NCBI GenBank assembly: GCA_942491385.1 | Contig: CALOAF010000007.1 | Location: 63,613 to 127,612 of the forward strand | Direction: 5' to 3' | Length of the DNA stretch: 64,000 nt | DNA from: an uncultured Anaerolineaceae bacterium | Lineage (GTDB): Bacteria > Chloroflexota > Anaerolineae > Anaerolineales > Anaerolineaceae | Shown: piece after piece, positions 34,728 to 45,430 of the stretch | Layout of the letters: every line of letters begins with the position of its first letter | How positions within the stretch are numbered: the first letter of the stretch is position 1 | Position numbers and translations under genes: made by a program | The notes under the pieces: generated by a model | What the model was told of the DNA's origin: nothing | The model's input: only the letters and a program-made list of their open reading frames with translations | The model's database searches: none

Positions 34728-35287
34728 AATAAAGGTAAGACTTTGTTGTTCAGATCTTCCGGGAAAATCATGCCAATATGGATCATGGCAACTTTTCCTT
34801 GCGGATCAATCAGAATCGAAGTCGGAAATCCAGTGATTCCCAAACTGTTTAACACATTACTGTCTGAATCCAGAACAATTTTGAACCCTAAACCGTAAGT
34901 ATCCGCAAACTGAGCAGCTATTTCGCGGGTTTCACCCGCGTTGATAGCCAGAATTTCAAATCCCCTAGCTTGATGTACCTGGTGGAATTTGTTCAAATCC
35001 GGCATTTCTGCCCTGCAGGGTGGGCACCAGGTCGCCCAGGCATTTAACAGGACATATTTTCCCTGATAATCGCTGAGGTTAACCGTTTCGCCATCCAAAT
35101 CCAATAAAGTAAAATCACCAACAGATTTCCCCAGGATCGCTTTTTGAACACCTTCCTGTTGAAAAGATTGAGATTTAAGCACCAGAATAGTGACGAATAG
35201 AATTGCTAAAACGCCAATTACAATTTGGATATTCCTGTTTCGGGCTGTATTCTTTTTTTGCGGTTTTTTTATTTTCATTTTGACCAA
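34721..35287 (-). CDS. Membrane-anchored TlpA/ResA-like thioredoxin-fold protein
   Basis: N-terminal TM segment. Active site WATWCPPCRAEMP. Confidence 0.85.
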   Translation of the reverse strand: MVKMKIKKPQKKNTARNRNIQIVIGVLAILFVTILVLKSQSFQQEGVQKAILGKSVGDFTLLDLDGETVNLSDYQGKYVLLNAWATWCPPCRAEMPDLNKFHQVHQARGFEILAINAGETREIAAQFADTYGLGFKIVLDSDSNVLNSLGITGFPTSILIDPQGKVAMIHIGMIFPEDLNNKVLPLLK

Positions 35288-36276
35288 TCGACCACCATTT
35301 GCTTACGGCCATTCAATTCTTTCTCGACAGCAATGGCGGCAATGGCCCCTTCTGCTGCTGCAATCACAGCCTGTTTGACATGGTTACAGAGGACATCACC
35401 AACCGCAAATACACCTGGAACAGCAGTATGAAATTCCTTATCGACAATCAGACAGCCACCATCATTGACTTCAAGCTGACCTGTTAAAAAATCAGTGATG
35501 GGTTTGCCTCCCTGCAAGTAAATAAAAGTACCCTTGACCGGGACGGATTGAATATCCTGACCACGTTGGGAGAAGATGGCCGCTTCGACACTTTTTTCTC
35601 CAACAACTTCCCGCAGACTGGCACCTGGATAAAATCTGATTTTTTGGTTGTGCATTAATTCATCAATGAGATGCTGGGGTGCTTTCAAATCCGGGGTGGG
35701 CGATAAGAAGTGGACTTTTTGCACAAAACGGGTCAGGAATAGCGCTTCTTCTATCGCTTCATCACTGGAACCTGCGACTGCCACATCCATATTTTTGAAA
35801 AAGGCAGCGTCACATGTAGCGCAATAGGAGACACCATGTCCTAACAATTCATCCTCACCTTTCACGCGTTTTCCTCTACCCATGGAACCGGTAGAAATGA
35901 TGATAGATCGAGTCGAATAAACATTGTTATTGGTGTATACAGTTTTGACTTCGCCATTCAATTCGGTTCCAATCACTCTATCAGAATCGTATTTTGCCCC
36001 GAAACTTTCCGCCTGGTTGCGCATAATTTGCAATAAATCAGCACCACTGATCTCTGTCTTGACACCAGGATAATTGGCGATTTTTGATGTGATACCCAAC
36101 GCTCCTGCGGTTATTCCTTTGTCGATCACTAATGTTGACAATCCAGCTCGAGCTGTATAGATGGCGGCAGTCGTTCCGGCTGGTCCACCACCGATGATGA
36201 TTACATCCCAGGTTTTATTGTCGTTCGTTGGCATTTCAAAATTGAATGATGTTTCCATGATAGATTCCTCTAACAA
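35275..36276 (-). CDS. trxB: Thioredoxin-disulfide reductase
   Basis: FAD motif IIIGGGPAGTTAA, redox CATCDAAFF, and second dinucleotide fold VAVAGSSDEAIEEA. Confidence 0.9.
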   Translation of the reverse strand: MLEESIMETSFNFEMPTNDNKTWDVIIIGGGPAGTTAAIYTARAGLSTLVIDKGITAGALGITSKIANYPGVKTEISGADLLQIMRNQAESFGAKYDSDRVIGTELNGEVKTVYTNNNVYSTRSIIISTGSMGRGKRVKGEDELLGHGVSYCATCDAAFFKNMDVAVAGSSDEAIEEALFLTRFVQKVHFLSPTPDLKAPQHLIDELMHNQKIRFYPGASLREVVGEKSVEAAIFSQRGQDIQSVPVKGTFIYLQGGKPITDFLTGQLEVNDGGCLIVDKEFHTAVPGVFAVGDVLCNHVKQAVIAAAEGAIAAIAVEKELNGRKQMVVDWSK

Positions 36277-36345
36277 TTAATAATTACATAATTTAGATTA
36301 CTTTTTAAGTAAAAGGTTGCACTTAAATGGAATCATTTATTCGTG

Positions 36346-36951
36346 TTAGAGCCAATTAACTGGCATCTCTTGATTCAAATGGAGTAATTTCCCTAAACCA
36401 CTTTTGATGGATAAAGTAGAAATGGATGCCGGTGCGATCCGAATTTTATTCAGGTTTTCCAGTGGTAATCCGATGAAATGGCTGATGGTATGGCGAATGA
36501 TGCTGCCATGCGAGAAAATTGCAATGATTGCATTCTGTGGATGGTTGGCAATCAACTTTAAAATTGCCGTGGATACCCGTTCTCTGACCATAAATCCATC
36601 CTCTCCTCCAGGTATTTTCGCCAAGGCAGGATTTTCCTGGAATATTTTCCAATTCGGATCCTGGATCAGTTCATCAAAAGATAGACCTTGCCATTCACCA
36701 AAATTCACCTGGTTCAATTCATGGTTTATTTTCACGTTCAGATTTAAGAATTTTGCTAATGGCTGTGCTGTTTGTTGGGTACGTTTCAAGGGGCTGGCAT
36801 AAATGGCCTCAATAGATAGATGTTTGAGTGCTTCGGCAACGCGATGAGATTGTTCAATTCCTTCAGCATTTAAAGGGCTGTCGATACGTCCCGCCAGGGC
36901 TTCGTCCACATATTCAGTATCGCCATGCCGGATTAATAAGATTTTTGTCAT
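36346..36951 (-). CDS. Histidine phosphatase family protein (phosphoglycerate mutase-like)
   Basis: ILLIRHGDTEY and FSHGSIIR. The internal ATG at 36951 was chosen, 1 nt after the upstream paralog's stop. Confidence 0.85.
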   Translation of the reverse strand: MTKILLIRHGDTEYVDEALAGRIDSPLNAEGIEQSHRVAEALKHLSIEAIYASPLKRTQQTAQPLAKFLNLNVKINHELNQVNFGEWQGLSFDELIQDPNWKIFQENPALAKIPGGEDGFMVRERVSTAILKLIANHPQNAIIAIFSHGSIIRHTISHFIGLPLENLNKIRIAPASISTLSIKSGLGKLLHLNQEMPVNWL

Positions 36952-36952
36952 G

Positions 36953-37624
36953 TTAGTTGCCTTGCTTTGTTTTGGAATTTTTCTTTGTGGGCTTCTCACC
37001 CATTGTCTGGAATTGATGCACAAATTTGCTCATATCTATCAGATTAATGAAAGGCACAGAAATGTGATCTTTCATCAGCAATAACGCACTAATTGATGCA
37101 GTGTTGATATGGATGCGTTGAAAGGAATCCAGTGGGACATTGAGGTAATAAGCTACCAGCAGGCGGATTGCATCTGAATGACTGAAACAAGCGATTAAAT
37201 CGTCCGGCTCATGTTCCGCTGTAATTTTTGTGATGCACGCAACCAGGCGCTTTTGGGCATTCACAAAACTCTCCCCATTTGGAAATTGCATCTGGGATGG
37301 TTGGTTTTGGACGGTCTTCCACAATTTTAATCTGCGCATTTGCTTGATGGTTTTACCCTGCCAATCTCCAAAATTAATTTCACTGAGGTTGTCACAAATG
37401 GAAATGTCCATTTTTTTGGCGAATGCCAGGGGCTGGGCTGTCTCCATGGCGCGTTCGAGAGGGCTACTATATATCGCTTTGAAAGGAAAATCTTTTAGTT
37501 TTTCTGCCAATTGTTCAGCTTGTTTAATTCCATTTTGATTGAGATGAACCCCAGACAATCTGCCAGCCAGTTTTTTTCCGACCCAGTCGTTTTCTCCATG
37601 CCGGATGAGTAAGATGATCGCCAT
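36953..37624 (-). CDS. Histidine phosphatase family protein (tandem paralog)
   Basis: ILLIRHGENDW and FSHSDAIR. The ATG at 37624 was chosen, immediately after the rarA stop. Confidence 0.85.
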   Translation of the reverse strand: MAIILLIRHGENDWVGKKLAGRLSGVHLNQNGIKQAEQLAEKLKDFPFKAIYSSPLERAMETAQPLAFAKKMDISICDNLSEINFGDWQGKTIKQMRRLKLWKTVQNQPSQMQFPNGESFVNAQKRLVACITKITAEHEPDDLIACFSHSDAIRLLVAYYLNVPLDSFQRIHINTASISALLLMKDHISVPFINLIDMSKFVHQFQTMGEKPTKKNSKTKQGN

Positions 37625-37626
37625 TA

Positions 37627-39006
37627 TTATTCCTTTTTTGTAGCCGGTTTTTGAGCAGGCACCCGATTTTTGTTCAGTCCATCCGATTGTTTTTTTCGCC
37701 AATCTTCAACACGTTTCTGAACGTTCGCTTCATATCCCTGATCGGAGGGTTTGTAAAAATGAGTACCTGCCAGGTGCTCAGGCAGATATTGTTGGGGAAC
37801 AAAATGTCCCTCGAATGAATGCGGGTATAAATATCCTTTTCCGTGGCCAAAGCCCTTGGCATCGCGATTGCTATCCATTAAATGAATAGGCACCTGTCCC
37901 ATCCCTTCTGTTTCCATGCGCTTTACTATATCAAAGTATGCCATCACAGAATTGGATTTCGGCGCAGTAGATAAATACAATGTTGCTTCCACAATTGGGA
38001 AGATACCTTCCGGTAGACCGATATATTCGTAGGCGTTAGCTGCGGCATTCGCCACCACTAGGGCTTGTGGATCAGCCAGGCCAATATCTTCCCCGGCCAG
38101 AATGATCAAACGGCGCAAAATGAAGCGTGGATCTTCGCCAGCCGTCATCATTTTTGCCAGCCAATATAGCGCTGCATCCGGATCACTACCTCGTACCGAC
38201 TTAATGAAAGCAGAAATCGTATCATAGTGGGCATCACCGCTCTTATCGTATAAAATTGCGCGTTTCTGAATCGATTCCTGCGCAATATCCAATGTGATAT
38301 GAATAGTCTCGGTTTGGTCAGGAGATGTGGTTTCAATGGCGAGTTCGAGCGCATTTAATAAATTGCGGGCATCGCCACCACACATCTGAATCAAATGGTT
38401 ACGGGCGTCATCTTCCAGGATAATCTGGCGATTTCCATACCCATAGTCAGTATTGAAAAGTGCGCGGTCAACAATTTTATTTAGATGTGCTTCTTCCAAC
38501 GGTTGCAGTTGAAAGACACGTGAGCGCGAAACCAGCGCCGGTATGACATCAAAATATGGGTTCTCCGTCGTTGCGCCAATCAGAGTCAGCATACCTGATT
38601 CTACTTGTGGGAGAAGAGCATCCTGTTGGGCTTTATTCCAACGATGAACTTCATCGATGAAAAGAATTGTCCTCTGTTGGTATAATTTGCGCCGTTCTTC
38701 CGCTTCGTGGATGACACGCCGGAGTTCCGCTACTCCTGCCAGCACCGCAGAAATGGTTTCAAATTGGGCTTTGGTGTGGTAAGCAATTAATTGCGCCAGG
38801 GTGGTCTTACCGGTTCCAGGAGGACCTGTGAAGATTATGGATGAGAATAAACGATCAGCTTGAATAGCCCGGCGAAGGAGTTTTCCTTCACCAATAATAT
38901 GTTCCTGCCCGATGAAATCATCAAAAGTTCTGGGCCGCATGCGGGCAGCCAGAGGGGCTTCCTGTTGCATTCGTTCGTCCATGGCATGGTCAAACAAATC
39001 ATTCAT
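37627..39006 (-). CDS. rarA: Replication-associated recombination protein A (AAA+ ATPase)
   Basis: Walker [26 protein letters not shown], and C-terminal MgsA-type block [11 protein letters not shown]. Confidence 0.9.
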   Translation of the reverse strand: MNDLFDHAMDERMQQEAPLAARMRPRTFDDFIGQEHIIGEGKLLRRAIQADRLFSSIIFTGPPGTGKTTLAQLIAYHTKAQFETISAVLAGVAELRRVIHEAEERRKLYQQRTILFIDEVHRWNKAQQDALLPQVESGMLTLIGATTENPYFDVIPALVSRSRVFQLQPLEEAHLNKIVDRALFNTDYGYGNRQIILEDDARNHLIQMCGGDARNLLNALELAIETTSPDQTETIHITLDIAQESIQKRAILYDKSGDAHYDTISAFIKSVRGSDPDAALYWLAKMMTAGEDPRFILRRLIILAGEDIGLADPQALVVANAAANAYEYIGLPEGIFPIVEATLYLSTAPKSNSVMAYFDIVKRMETEGMGQVPIHLMDSNRDAKGFGHGKGYLYPHSFEGHFVPQQYLPEHLAGTHFYKPSDQGYEANVQKRVEDWRKKQSDGLNKNRVPAQKPATKKE

Positions 39007-39146
39007 GAAAATCTCCTTGTTTTTGATGAACAAATACAAACAATAACATACCCTCCTATTTTACATGATTCTTTGCTTATTTGTTCTATGAACAAAAATA
39101 TATCAAAAAAAATTATCTAAGCTCCAAAACGAGCAATAATTCAAGA

Positions 39147-39518
39147 CTACTCTTTATTCCAGGGTTTGAACCCCAGTAATTCTTCAGGTTCAACCCATTC
39201 TCCATTAAATTGGATGGCCCTGTCATCAATTGTTAAAAAAGCCTTTGGTTTATCTTTGGCGAATTTTACTTTTGGGAAACCATGTTTTTCCATCCAGGCT
39301 TGCATGGCCTCAATCCCGGCTTCGGAACTCGAGCGGGAGCTGAAGACCACGATACTGAAATAATTCTGAGCTTTTTCGATAAACTCTTTTGCGCCTGGCA
39401 CGGGATCATCGTCGATCACAGTTACACCTTTCCAGCCATGGCGATACCAATGGATTACTCCATCAAAATCCAATGAGAGTATCGGTTTATACGTTCGTTT
39501 TTTTCGGATAGATGTCAT
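39147..39518 (-). CDS. Small capless HAD-like phosphatase-fold protein
   Basis: Motif I LDFDGVIH, motif II FSSRS, and motif IV-like TIDDRA. 123 aa. Confidence 0.5.
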   Translation of the reverse strand: MTSIRKKRTYKPILSLDFDGVIHWYRHGWKGVTVIDDDPVPGAKEFIEKAQNYFSIVVFSSRSSSEAGIEAMQAWMEKHGFPKVKFAKDKPKAFLTIDDRAIQFNGEWVEPEELLGFKPWNKE

Positions 39519-39527
39519 AGGTTCCTG

Positions 39528-40058
39528 TTATTCGTTAATCTCAACTTCAGAGACAAATGATAATGTCTGAATAAAGATCTTCCTGGTCTGATTTCGATAT
39601 TCAGGGGTTTCATACTCAAATGCTGCTAGTAGGTGATCTTCTTTCTGTCCTTTGACTTTGGTGTCATGAACGAAACCTCTCGCCAAAAGCTTCAAACCGG
39701 CATCGGTAGGTAAGATAATGTCCAGATCACTGACGAAACTATACATATTGATGGTTGTTTCCCCTTCAGGAATAATTGCTTGAGAGAGATCCAATTTCAC
39801 ATCACTGACAAAACTCAGGTACTCAGCGGGTTCGATTGTCCGTTGATGTGAATTATCGGTTTCGTTTATAAACCGAAGGATGAAATTACTTCCACCAGGC
39901 AGAGTTTTTGGACGAAAAAGTAACAACATTCCCAACCCAATCAGAATGATTGGCAAAATAAGTGTCCAAAGATTGATGCCAAATACATTATCAATGAGAA
40001 AAAATGCTCCCATGAGTATTAGAAAGCTTCCTATCAGTATTGCAGATTTGTTTTCCAA
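39528..40058 (-). CDS. Membrane protein, LiaF-like/DUF2154-like
   Basis: Two N-terminal TM helices followed by a beta-rich C-terminal domain. The family call is tentative. Confidence 0.45.
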   Translation of the reverse strand: MENKSAILIGSFLILMGAFFLIDNVFGINLWTLILPIILIGLGMLLLFRPKTLPGGSNFILRFINETDNSHQRTIEPAEYLSFVSDVKLDLSQAIIPEGETTINMYSFVSDLDIILPTDAGLKLLARGFVHDTKVKGQKEDHLLAAFEYETPEYRNQTRKIFIQTLSFVSEVEINE

Positions 40059-40141
40059 ATTGCACCTCCTAGTAGTAAGATGTATTAATTAATATACGAC
40101 AAATCAATTGAAAAGTGTTAACCGAGGAAACCCTTAATTAA

Positions 40142-41062
40142 TTACAAAATTTTATGTTCGGGTTGAAACCTCGATGAAAAATTAACCTGCGCCAAAAATA
40201 TTGCAACCATTACCAGAATTGCACCGATTGATTGATCTGAAGTGAAGCGCTCACTCAAAAAAAGGAACCCAAAAACTGCAGAAAAAACTGCCTCCATACT
40301 CAAAATTAAGGCTGCGTCGGTGGGTGGGGCATGTTTTTGAGCGACAGCTTGTAATGTGAATCCAATTGCCACTGAAGCGATTCCGTTGTAAAGAATTGTC
40401 CACCATAAGGAGGAGATTTGAGATAACCCCTGAGGATCAGTGATCCATCCAATTCCAAAATTGAGAATTGCACAAACCAGAAATTGCCAGATCGCAAAAT
40501 GAAGGGGGTTCATCCCCTGAACAGTGCGCCCTACAACGATTACATGCAAAGCCCATAATGTCGCACCGATCAATTCAAGGCGGTCTCCCGGAGCTAATGT
40601 TAGCTCTCCGCCGGTGCTGAGCAATAACATACCCATCACTGCCACCACCGCAGCTACCCAAACATTCCATTTTTGTTTTTCACGCCAAATCATCCATAGG
40701 AAAATTGGAACAAAAATTACATATAATCCGGTGATAAAACCAGCATTTCCAGCAGTGGTGGTGATTAAGCCTGCCTGCTGAAAGGCACCGGCAGAAAATA
40801 ATAAGACGCCAGCCAGAATCACTCCTGAAAACTTGTTTTTTTCAATCTTGGGTCTGAACCTTACCAATGGTAATAGTAATAACGCGCCTAAGAGGAAGCG
40901 ACCACCATTGAAATAGAAAATGTTAACGTAAGGTGCGGCAATTCTTTGTGCGATGAAACCACTCCCCCAGACTGCGGCTGTGAGCAACAGTAATAGATCA
41001 GCTTGTACGCGAGTCAATTGTCGTCTGGTTTGCATATATAATCCTGAATGAAATAACGCCAA
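40142..41062 (-). CDS. EamA/DMT-family transporter
   Basis: Ten hydrophobic segments in two EamA-like repeats. The true start may be the internal Met (MQTRRQ). Confidence 0.85.
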   Translation of the reverse strand: MALFHSGLYMQTRRQLTRVQADLLLLLTAAVWGSGFIAQRIAAPYVNIFYFNGGRFLLGALLLLPLVRFRPKIEKNKFSGVILAGVLLFSAGAFQQAGLITTTAGNAGFITGLYVIFVPIFLWMIWREKQKWNVWVAAVVAVMGMLLLSTGGELTLAPGDRLELIGATLWALHVIVVGRTVQGMNPLHFAIWQFLVCAILNFGIGWITDPQGLSQISSLWWTILYNGIASVAIGFTLQAVAQKHAPPTDAALILSMEAVFSAVFGFLFLSERFTSDQSIGAILVMVAIFLAQVNFSSRFQPEHKIL

Positions 41063-41101
41063 TTGTCTCAGGGAAATGAAGATTTGAGAAGGCTGTTCTT
41101 T

Positions 41102-42244
41102 TTAAATGGGCTTAATAATATGCGGGTAATCAGCACCCCGATTTTGATAAGAGAGAATTCTTGGATCAACAATTCTGCCATTCTGAATTTGAATTGCTCT
41201 GCGGATTGTTTCGTCATTTTCCCAATTAGTTGCTCCCCGGGATATGGATGATAAATACGGTAATAAGCTGATTGAGATCTCCCAAGAGGCAATATTCCAT
41301 AAATATGAGGAAGTGTGATCCACGGCATAATACCAGGCTTCACCCACAGTAAAAATAGGATTTTCGAATGTAGTGGGTTTCGAAAACGGAAATCCCAGCC
41401 CCTCATCGCGGGCGATATCAATAATGAGTGCTGAGCGTTTTAAATGGCATATTTCATCTTTACTCATGAACATGATGGGTTGTTTAAAGTCTTGTCGAAT
41501 CCCATTCAGAATTATATCTGACTGAGCTATCTCCTCAATAAAGGGATTTCGACTCCGATCAGCATGGATCGCCATCAGTTTGCCATTTTCACCCATTTCT
41601 AATTGATGGTAGGTGGCATCGTAGGATTGTGGTGCGAGAAATGTTTTGGATGGGCGGTTGTAAATGTGAATGTCCTTGAACCCTAATCCTTTAAAGGCTT
41701 GTAAAGCTCCGCGAGAGACGGACCCTGACCCGATAATCATGACGCGCCGTGGAGTGCCATAGTGGCCATCAATCCCCCGCAATTGTAAAGCGTGAAATAC
41801 ACCTGCATAACCGGCAATTTCATTGTTTTTGTGGAATATGTGATATTGAAATTCATTTTTTCGGTTCCATTTATGCATCGCTTCCCAGGCAATCAGGTTC
41901 AGATTCTTGTTGATTGCGGCATTTGTAATCCAACTATCTTCGATACAATGTAACCAACCCCACAGCGTTTTTCCACTGTGAATGAAGGGGATATCCTTTG
42001 GATCAGGTTTTATCAATACAATGACATCGCATTGCTCAAATATCTCATTTCTTTGCATTAACCCGGCAGTACGATCATTAATCCATTCGTCAGAAATTTG
42101 GAACCGTTCACCATAGCCAACCTCAAAGAATAATTTTTTACGAACATTCAGATCAATCCAATCTAATTGTTCTGGGTGAATAGGAACCCTTAATTCGTTC
42201 TCTTTGAAGGATGAACCGACCACACCTAAGGTCAATGAATTCAT
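41102..42244 (-). CDS. AlaDH/PNT-fold NAD(P)-dependent dehydrogenase (saccharopine dehydrogenase / carboxyethyl-ornithine synthase-like)
   Basis: Dinucleotide fold VMIIGSGSVSRGALQAF with two-lobe length. The ATG at 42244 (MNSLTLGVVG) was chosen. Confidence 0.55.
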   Translation of the reverse strand: MNSLTLGVVGSSFKENELRVPIHPEQLDWIDLNVRKKLFFEVGYGERFQISDEWINDRTAGLMQRNEIFEQCDVIVLIKPDPKDIPFIHSGKTLWGWLHCIEDSWITNAAINKNLNLIAWEAMHKWNRKNEFQYHIFHKNNEIAGYAGVFHALQLRGIDGHYGTPRRVMIIGSGSVSRGALQAFKGLGFKDIHIYNRPSKTFLAPQSYDATYHQLEMGENGKLMAIHADRSRNPFIEEIAQSDIILNGIRQDFKQPIMFMSKDEICHLKRSALIIDIARDEGLGFPFSKPTTFENPIFTVGEAWYYAVDHTSSYLWNIASWEISISLLPYLSSISRGATNWENDETIRRAIQIQNGRIVDPRILSYQNRGADYPHIIKPI

Positions 42245-42364
42245 GAAATTCTCCCGAAAAATAATTGTAATTGATTTATTTAGAATAATGATACAATCAA
42301 AATCCTGCCTATCATTATGATACCTGAATGACGAGTTATTGCCAATATAATTTAACAAAAATAA

Positions 42365-42847
42365 GTGGAGAAGTTCAGGAGTTTTTTTTTGGAAGAAATC
42401 CCATTCTGGAAAAAGAAAAAATTAGAAGAGATGACCAAAGAGGAGTGGGAATCGGTTTGTGATGGCTGTGGAAAATGTTGCTTATTCCGTCTTGAAGGGG
42501 AAAAAGGGGAATATTACACCACAAATGTCATTTGTAAATTGTTTACTGAGTCTACCTGCCAGTGTAGTAATTATTTGGGCAGACAAGAGATTGTCCCCAC
42601 CTGTCTGGTGTTGAATCCTACTTTGGTCAAAACTTTGGATTGGATGCCTATAACGTGCGCATACCGTTTATTGGCGGAAAGAAAGGATTTGCCGTGGTGG
42701 CATCATCTCGTGAGTGGTAGTCGGGATACCATCCACCAAATTGGTGTTTCTGTGCGAGGCAAAATTGAGTATGAAAAAGATGTCGATCTGGATGATCTTG
42801 AGGACCATGTCGTCGATTGGTTTGACCAACCCTGGATGATCGATTGA
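42365..42847 (+). CDS. ycgN: UPF0260 protein YcgN-like (Cys-rich)
   Basis: Collinear with E. coli YcgN as recalled: WESVCDGCGKCC, TCQCSNY, MPITCAYRLLAERKDLPWWHHL. GTG start. Confidence 0.8.
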   Translation: MEKFRSFFLEEIPFWKKKKLEEMTKEEWESVCDGCGKCCLFRLEGEKGEYYTTNVICKLFTESTCQCSNYLGRQEIVPTCLVLNPTLVKTLDWMPITCAYRLLAERKDLPWWHHLVSGSRDTIHQIGVSVRGKIEYEKDVDLDDLEDHVVDWFDQPWMID

Positions 42848-42855
42848 ACAGACAA

Positions 42856-43635
42856 TTATCTTGATTGGAGAATTTCTTTTATCTCCATCAAAGTGCTGAT
42901 CTTATCATTCGGTTTGACGTTGAATTGATCTTCGATGTCTCTATGAATGGAGCGTCTGGTGATCCAGATGGATGAAATATTTACCTGATTCGCTCCTAAA
43001 ATATCCATATTCAATCGATCACCGACCATAAAACAATTTTGGGGTTCTGTCTGAAACAAGCGTAAACCTTCCCTAAAAATATCCGGGTGTGGTTTCCGAT
43101 ATCCAAATTCAGCAGAAATGATGATATGCTCGAAATAAATAGTTAGACCAAATTTGGCTAATAACGCATAAACATCTTCAATATCCGAGGCGTTTGAAAT
43201 TAACCCAATTCGATAATCCTGGTCGAGTAACCATAGAAGAATCGGTATAGCATCTTCTTCCAAGTTCCAGAATTCTTGGGAAACGGAATACATTGCATTA
43301 AGAGCATTTTTGATCGTTTCAGTTTCCGGTTCCGGAAAACCCAGATCGGAAAGACACTCCTCTAAGACTCTCGCACTGGTTCTTTCAATCAGATTTTTAT
43401 TACGTTGCGCATAGTAATTTCGCATCCGATCTGAAAAATCCTGTGAAAATTGTTCGCGGTTTAATGGATAACCTGCACTGACAAGATACTTCCATAAATT
43501 CTTTGTCGATCTTTGTAAAACTTTGCTCCAATCACCATCAAAATAAATTAAGGTATCGCCAAGATCAAAAAAAATGACGTGCTTTTTCACATTAGAATGA
43601 TTTTTCTTATCTGCGCCTTTAAGAGTCAAATTCAT
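42856..43635 (-). CDS. HAD-superfamily hydrolase (subfamily IA-like)
   Basis: Motif I FFDLGDTLI, motif II ISNAS, and motif IV VGDRLNMDILGA. Confidence 0.8.
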   Translation of the reverse strand: MNLTLKGADKKNHSNVKKHVIFFDLGDTLIYFDGDWSKVLQRSTKNLWKYLVSAGYPLNREQFSQDFSDRMRNYYAQRNKNLIERTSARVLEECLSDLGFPEPETETIKNALNAMYSVSQEFWNLEEDAIPILLWLLDQDYRIGLISNASDIEDVYALLAKFGLTIYFEHIIISAEFGYRKPHPDIFREGLRLFQTEPQNCFMVGDRLNMDILGANQVNISSIWITRRSIHRDIEDQFNVKPNDKISTLMEIKEILQSR

Positions 43636-43643
43636 TTCAATGA

Positions 43644-44675
43644 TTAATAACCCATATCCGGATCAAAAGTATTGAGTAATGTTGTGTTATTTAAATACCT
43701 TTTTAAGTTTTCAATGATCAGATTGACCGAGCGCTCATTATAATAACGACTGACACCGGCGATGTGGGGGGAAATAATAAGATTTGGGGTATCCCACATA
43801 GCATTATCCTTCGGTAGGGGTTCCTGTTCAAAAACATCCAGTACAGCACCCGCTAATTTCTTTTCCTGTAATGCTGTTTTAAGTGCTGAGTTTTTGATAA
43901 TACCACCACGGCTGACATCCACCAGAAAAGCAGTTGGTTTTAAGACAGCCAACTCTTCTTCAGCGATTAAATGGTGGGTTTCTTTTGTAAGTGGTACTGT
44001 AATGACGATAAAATCGCATTCTTTCATCATTGACTTAATCGCCTGGTATGGATACAAGCGGGTAAAAAGATCACCATTTGGATCGCCAAGTCCATCTATC
44101 AAATAACCTGTATCATGAGTCTCCATCACGTTTTTCTTGCAGGCTAATATTTTTACATCGAACGGTGTCAGGATTCTGGCAATTTCCCTGCTTATACTTC
44201 CATAACCAATTAATCCGATGGTGCTGGAGCGAATTTCTTTAGGCGTGAAACGGGCAAAACGATCCGGTGGCCATTCATGATTCATCTGAAATTTCAAAAT
44301 CGAGGGGATTTTGTGCGACAATGCCAACATCATGGTCAGTACAAATTCTGCCACCTGAGGAGCTGCTGCACCGCTTAAAGTGGTTATCTGCATGCCACTT
44401 TTCTGAATAATTTCATCATGAATTGCGAAGTCAATGCCTGCATAATTGAATTGGATCCATTGAAGAGCAGGTGCCTTTTCAACTGGTGGAATTACTCGTT
44501 CAGTAATTAATACTTCAATTTTTTTCCAGACTTCTTCATCAATTTCCTTGTACGATTTCGCCGGTAGAACAGTAACGTTCAGTTGAGGAGAGATACCGGT
44601 AATACTATTGATCAATTCCTCAGAGAGTGGAAATGTTATTAATATTTCAATTTTTTTATTGGTTTCATCTTTCAT
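43644..44675 (-). CDS. D-isomer-specific 2-hydroxyacid dehydrogenase
   Basis: NAD fold GLIGYGSISREIA, with catalytic region VDVSRGG...SPHIAGV. Confidence 0.85.
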   Translation of the reverse strand: MKDETNKKIEILITFPLSEELINSITGISPQLNVTVLPAKSYKEIDEEVWKKIEVLITERVIPPVEKAPALQWIQFNYAGIDFAIHDEIIQKSGMQITTLSGAAAPQVAEFVLTMMLALSHKIPSILKFQMNHEWPPDRFARFTPKEIRSSTIGLIGYGSISREIARILTPFDVKILACKKNVMETHDTGYLIDGLGDPNGDLFTRLYPYQAIKSMMKECDFIVITVPLTKETHHLIAEEELAVLKPTAFLVDVSRGGIIKNSALKTALQEKKLAGAVLDVFEQEPLPKDNAMWDTPNLIISPHIAGVSRYYNERSVNLIIENLKRYLNNTTLLNTFDPDMGY

Positions 44676-45430
44676 CAGATATAAATTCCTGTCGGGTCAA
44701 GATCTTCTCTTAAAATCCTTAATTCTTCTTCGCTGGGAGGTTGGGTTTCGTGTAGGTTGGTAGATACTTTAATATCCCAGCCGGTATTTTGTTGAATCAT
44801 ATCAATATTTACCCCCGGATGTAAAGCGGCTAGTATCATCTCTCCATTTTCATCAGGTTCAAGGATTCCCAAATGAGTCACGACTCCTTGTGGTCCTTTT
44901 CCTCTGGCACCGCTGGCTTCTCTTTCTTTGCGATGGGAGAGAAATCCAGCTGAGGTAATAAAATCCACTTTTTCGGGAAATCTGCGTTTTTGGTGCGGGG
45001 TAATGATGTAGCAGCGGTTAGCCCAACCGGCAATTTCCATTGATCCACCTGAGCCTGGTAAACGCGTTTTAGGTTTGTGATAATCTCCAATGACGGTGGC
45101 ATTAATATTTCCAAAACGGTCTATTTGCGCACCACCCAGAAATCCCACATCTACATTCCCTCTTTGGAGATAAAAACTAAAAATATCATACATACTGCAG
45201 ACTGCTGTTGCGCCACTCACCAGACAGGGATCTCCAATCGAAAGCGGTAAACGGGATGGTCTGGCTCCGATTACACCTGCTTCGTAAATCATCACCAGAT
45301 TAGGCGCGTGGGTTCGACGGGCAAGATTACAGGCGAGATTAGGCAGCCCCACCCCAACGAAGACAACATCACCATCACGTAGTAATCTGGCGGCATTGAT
45401 TGTCATTAATTCAGCATTGTTGTAATTCAT
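44675..45430 (-). CDS. CoA-transferase subunit B (glutaconate/3-oxoacid CoA-transferase family)
   Basis: N-terminal pattern GDVVFVGVGLPNLA...MIYEAGVIG is typical of family I CoA-transferase beta subunits. It directly abuts subunit A. Confidence 0.8.
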   Translation of the reverse strand: MNYNNAELMTINAARLLRDGDVVFVGVGLPNLACNLARRTHAPNLVMIYEAGVIGARPSRLPLSIGDPCLVSGATAVCSMYDIFSFYLQRGNVDVGFLGGAQIDRFGNINATVIGDYHKPKTRLPGSGGSMEIAGWANRCYIITPHQKRRFPEKVDFITSAGFLSHRKEREASGARGKGPQGVVTHLGILEPDENGEMILAALHPGVNIDMIQQNTGWDIKVSTNLHETQPPSEEELRILREDLDPTGIYI

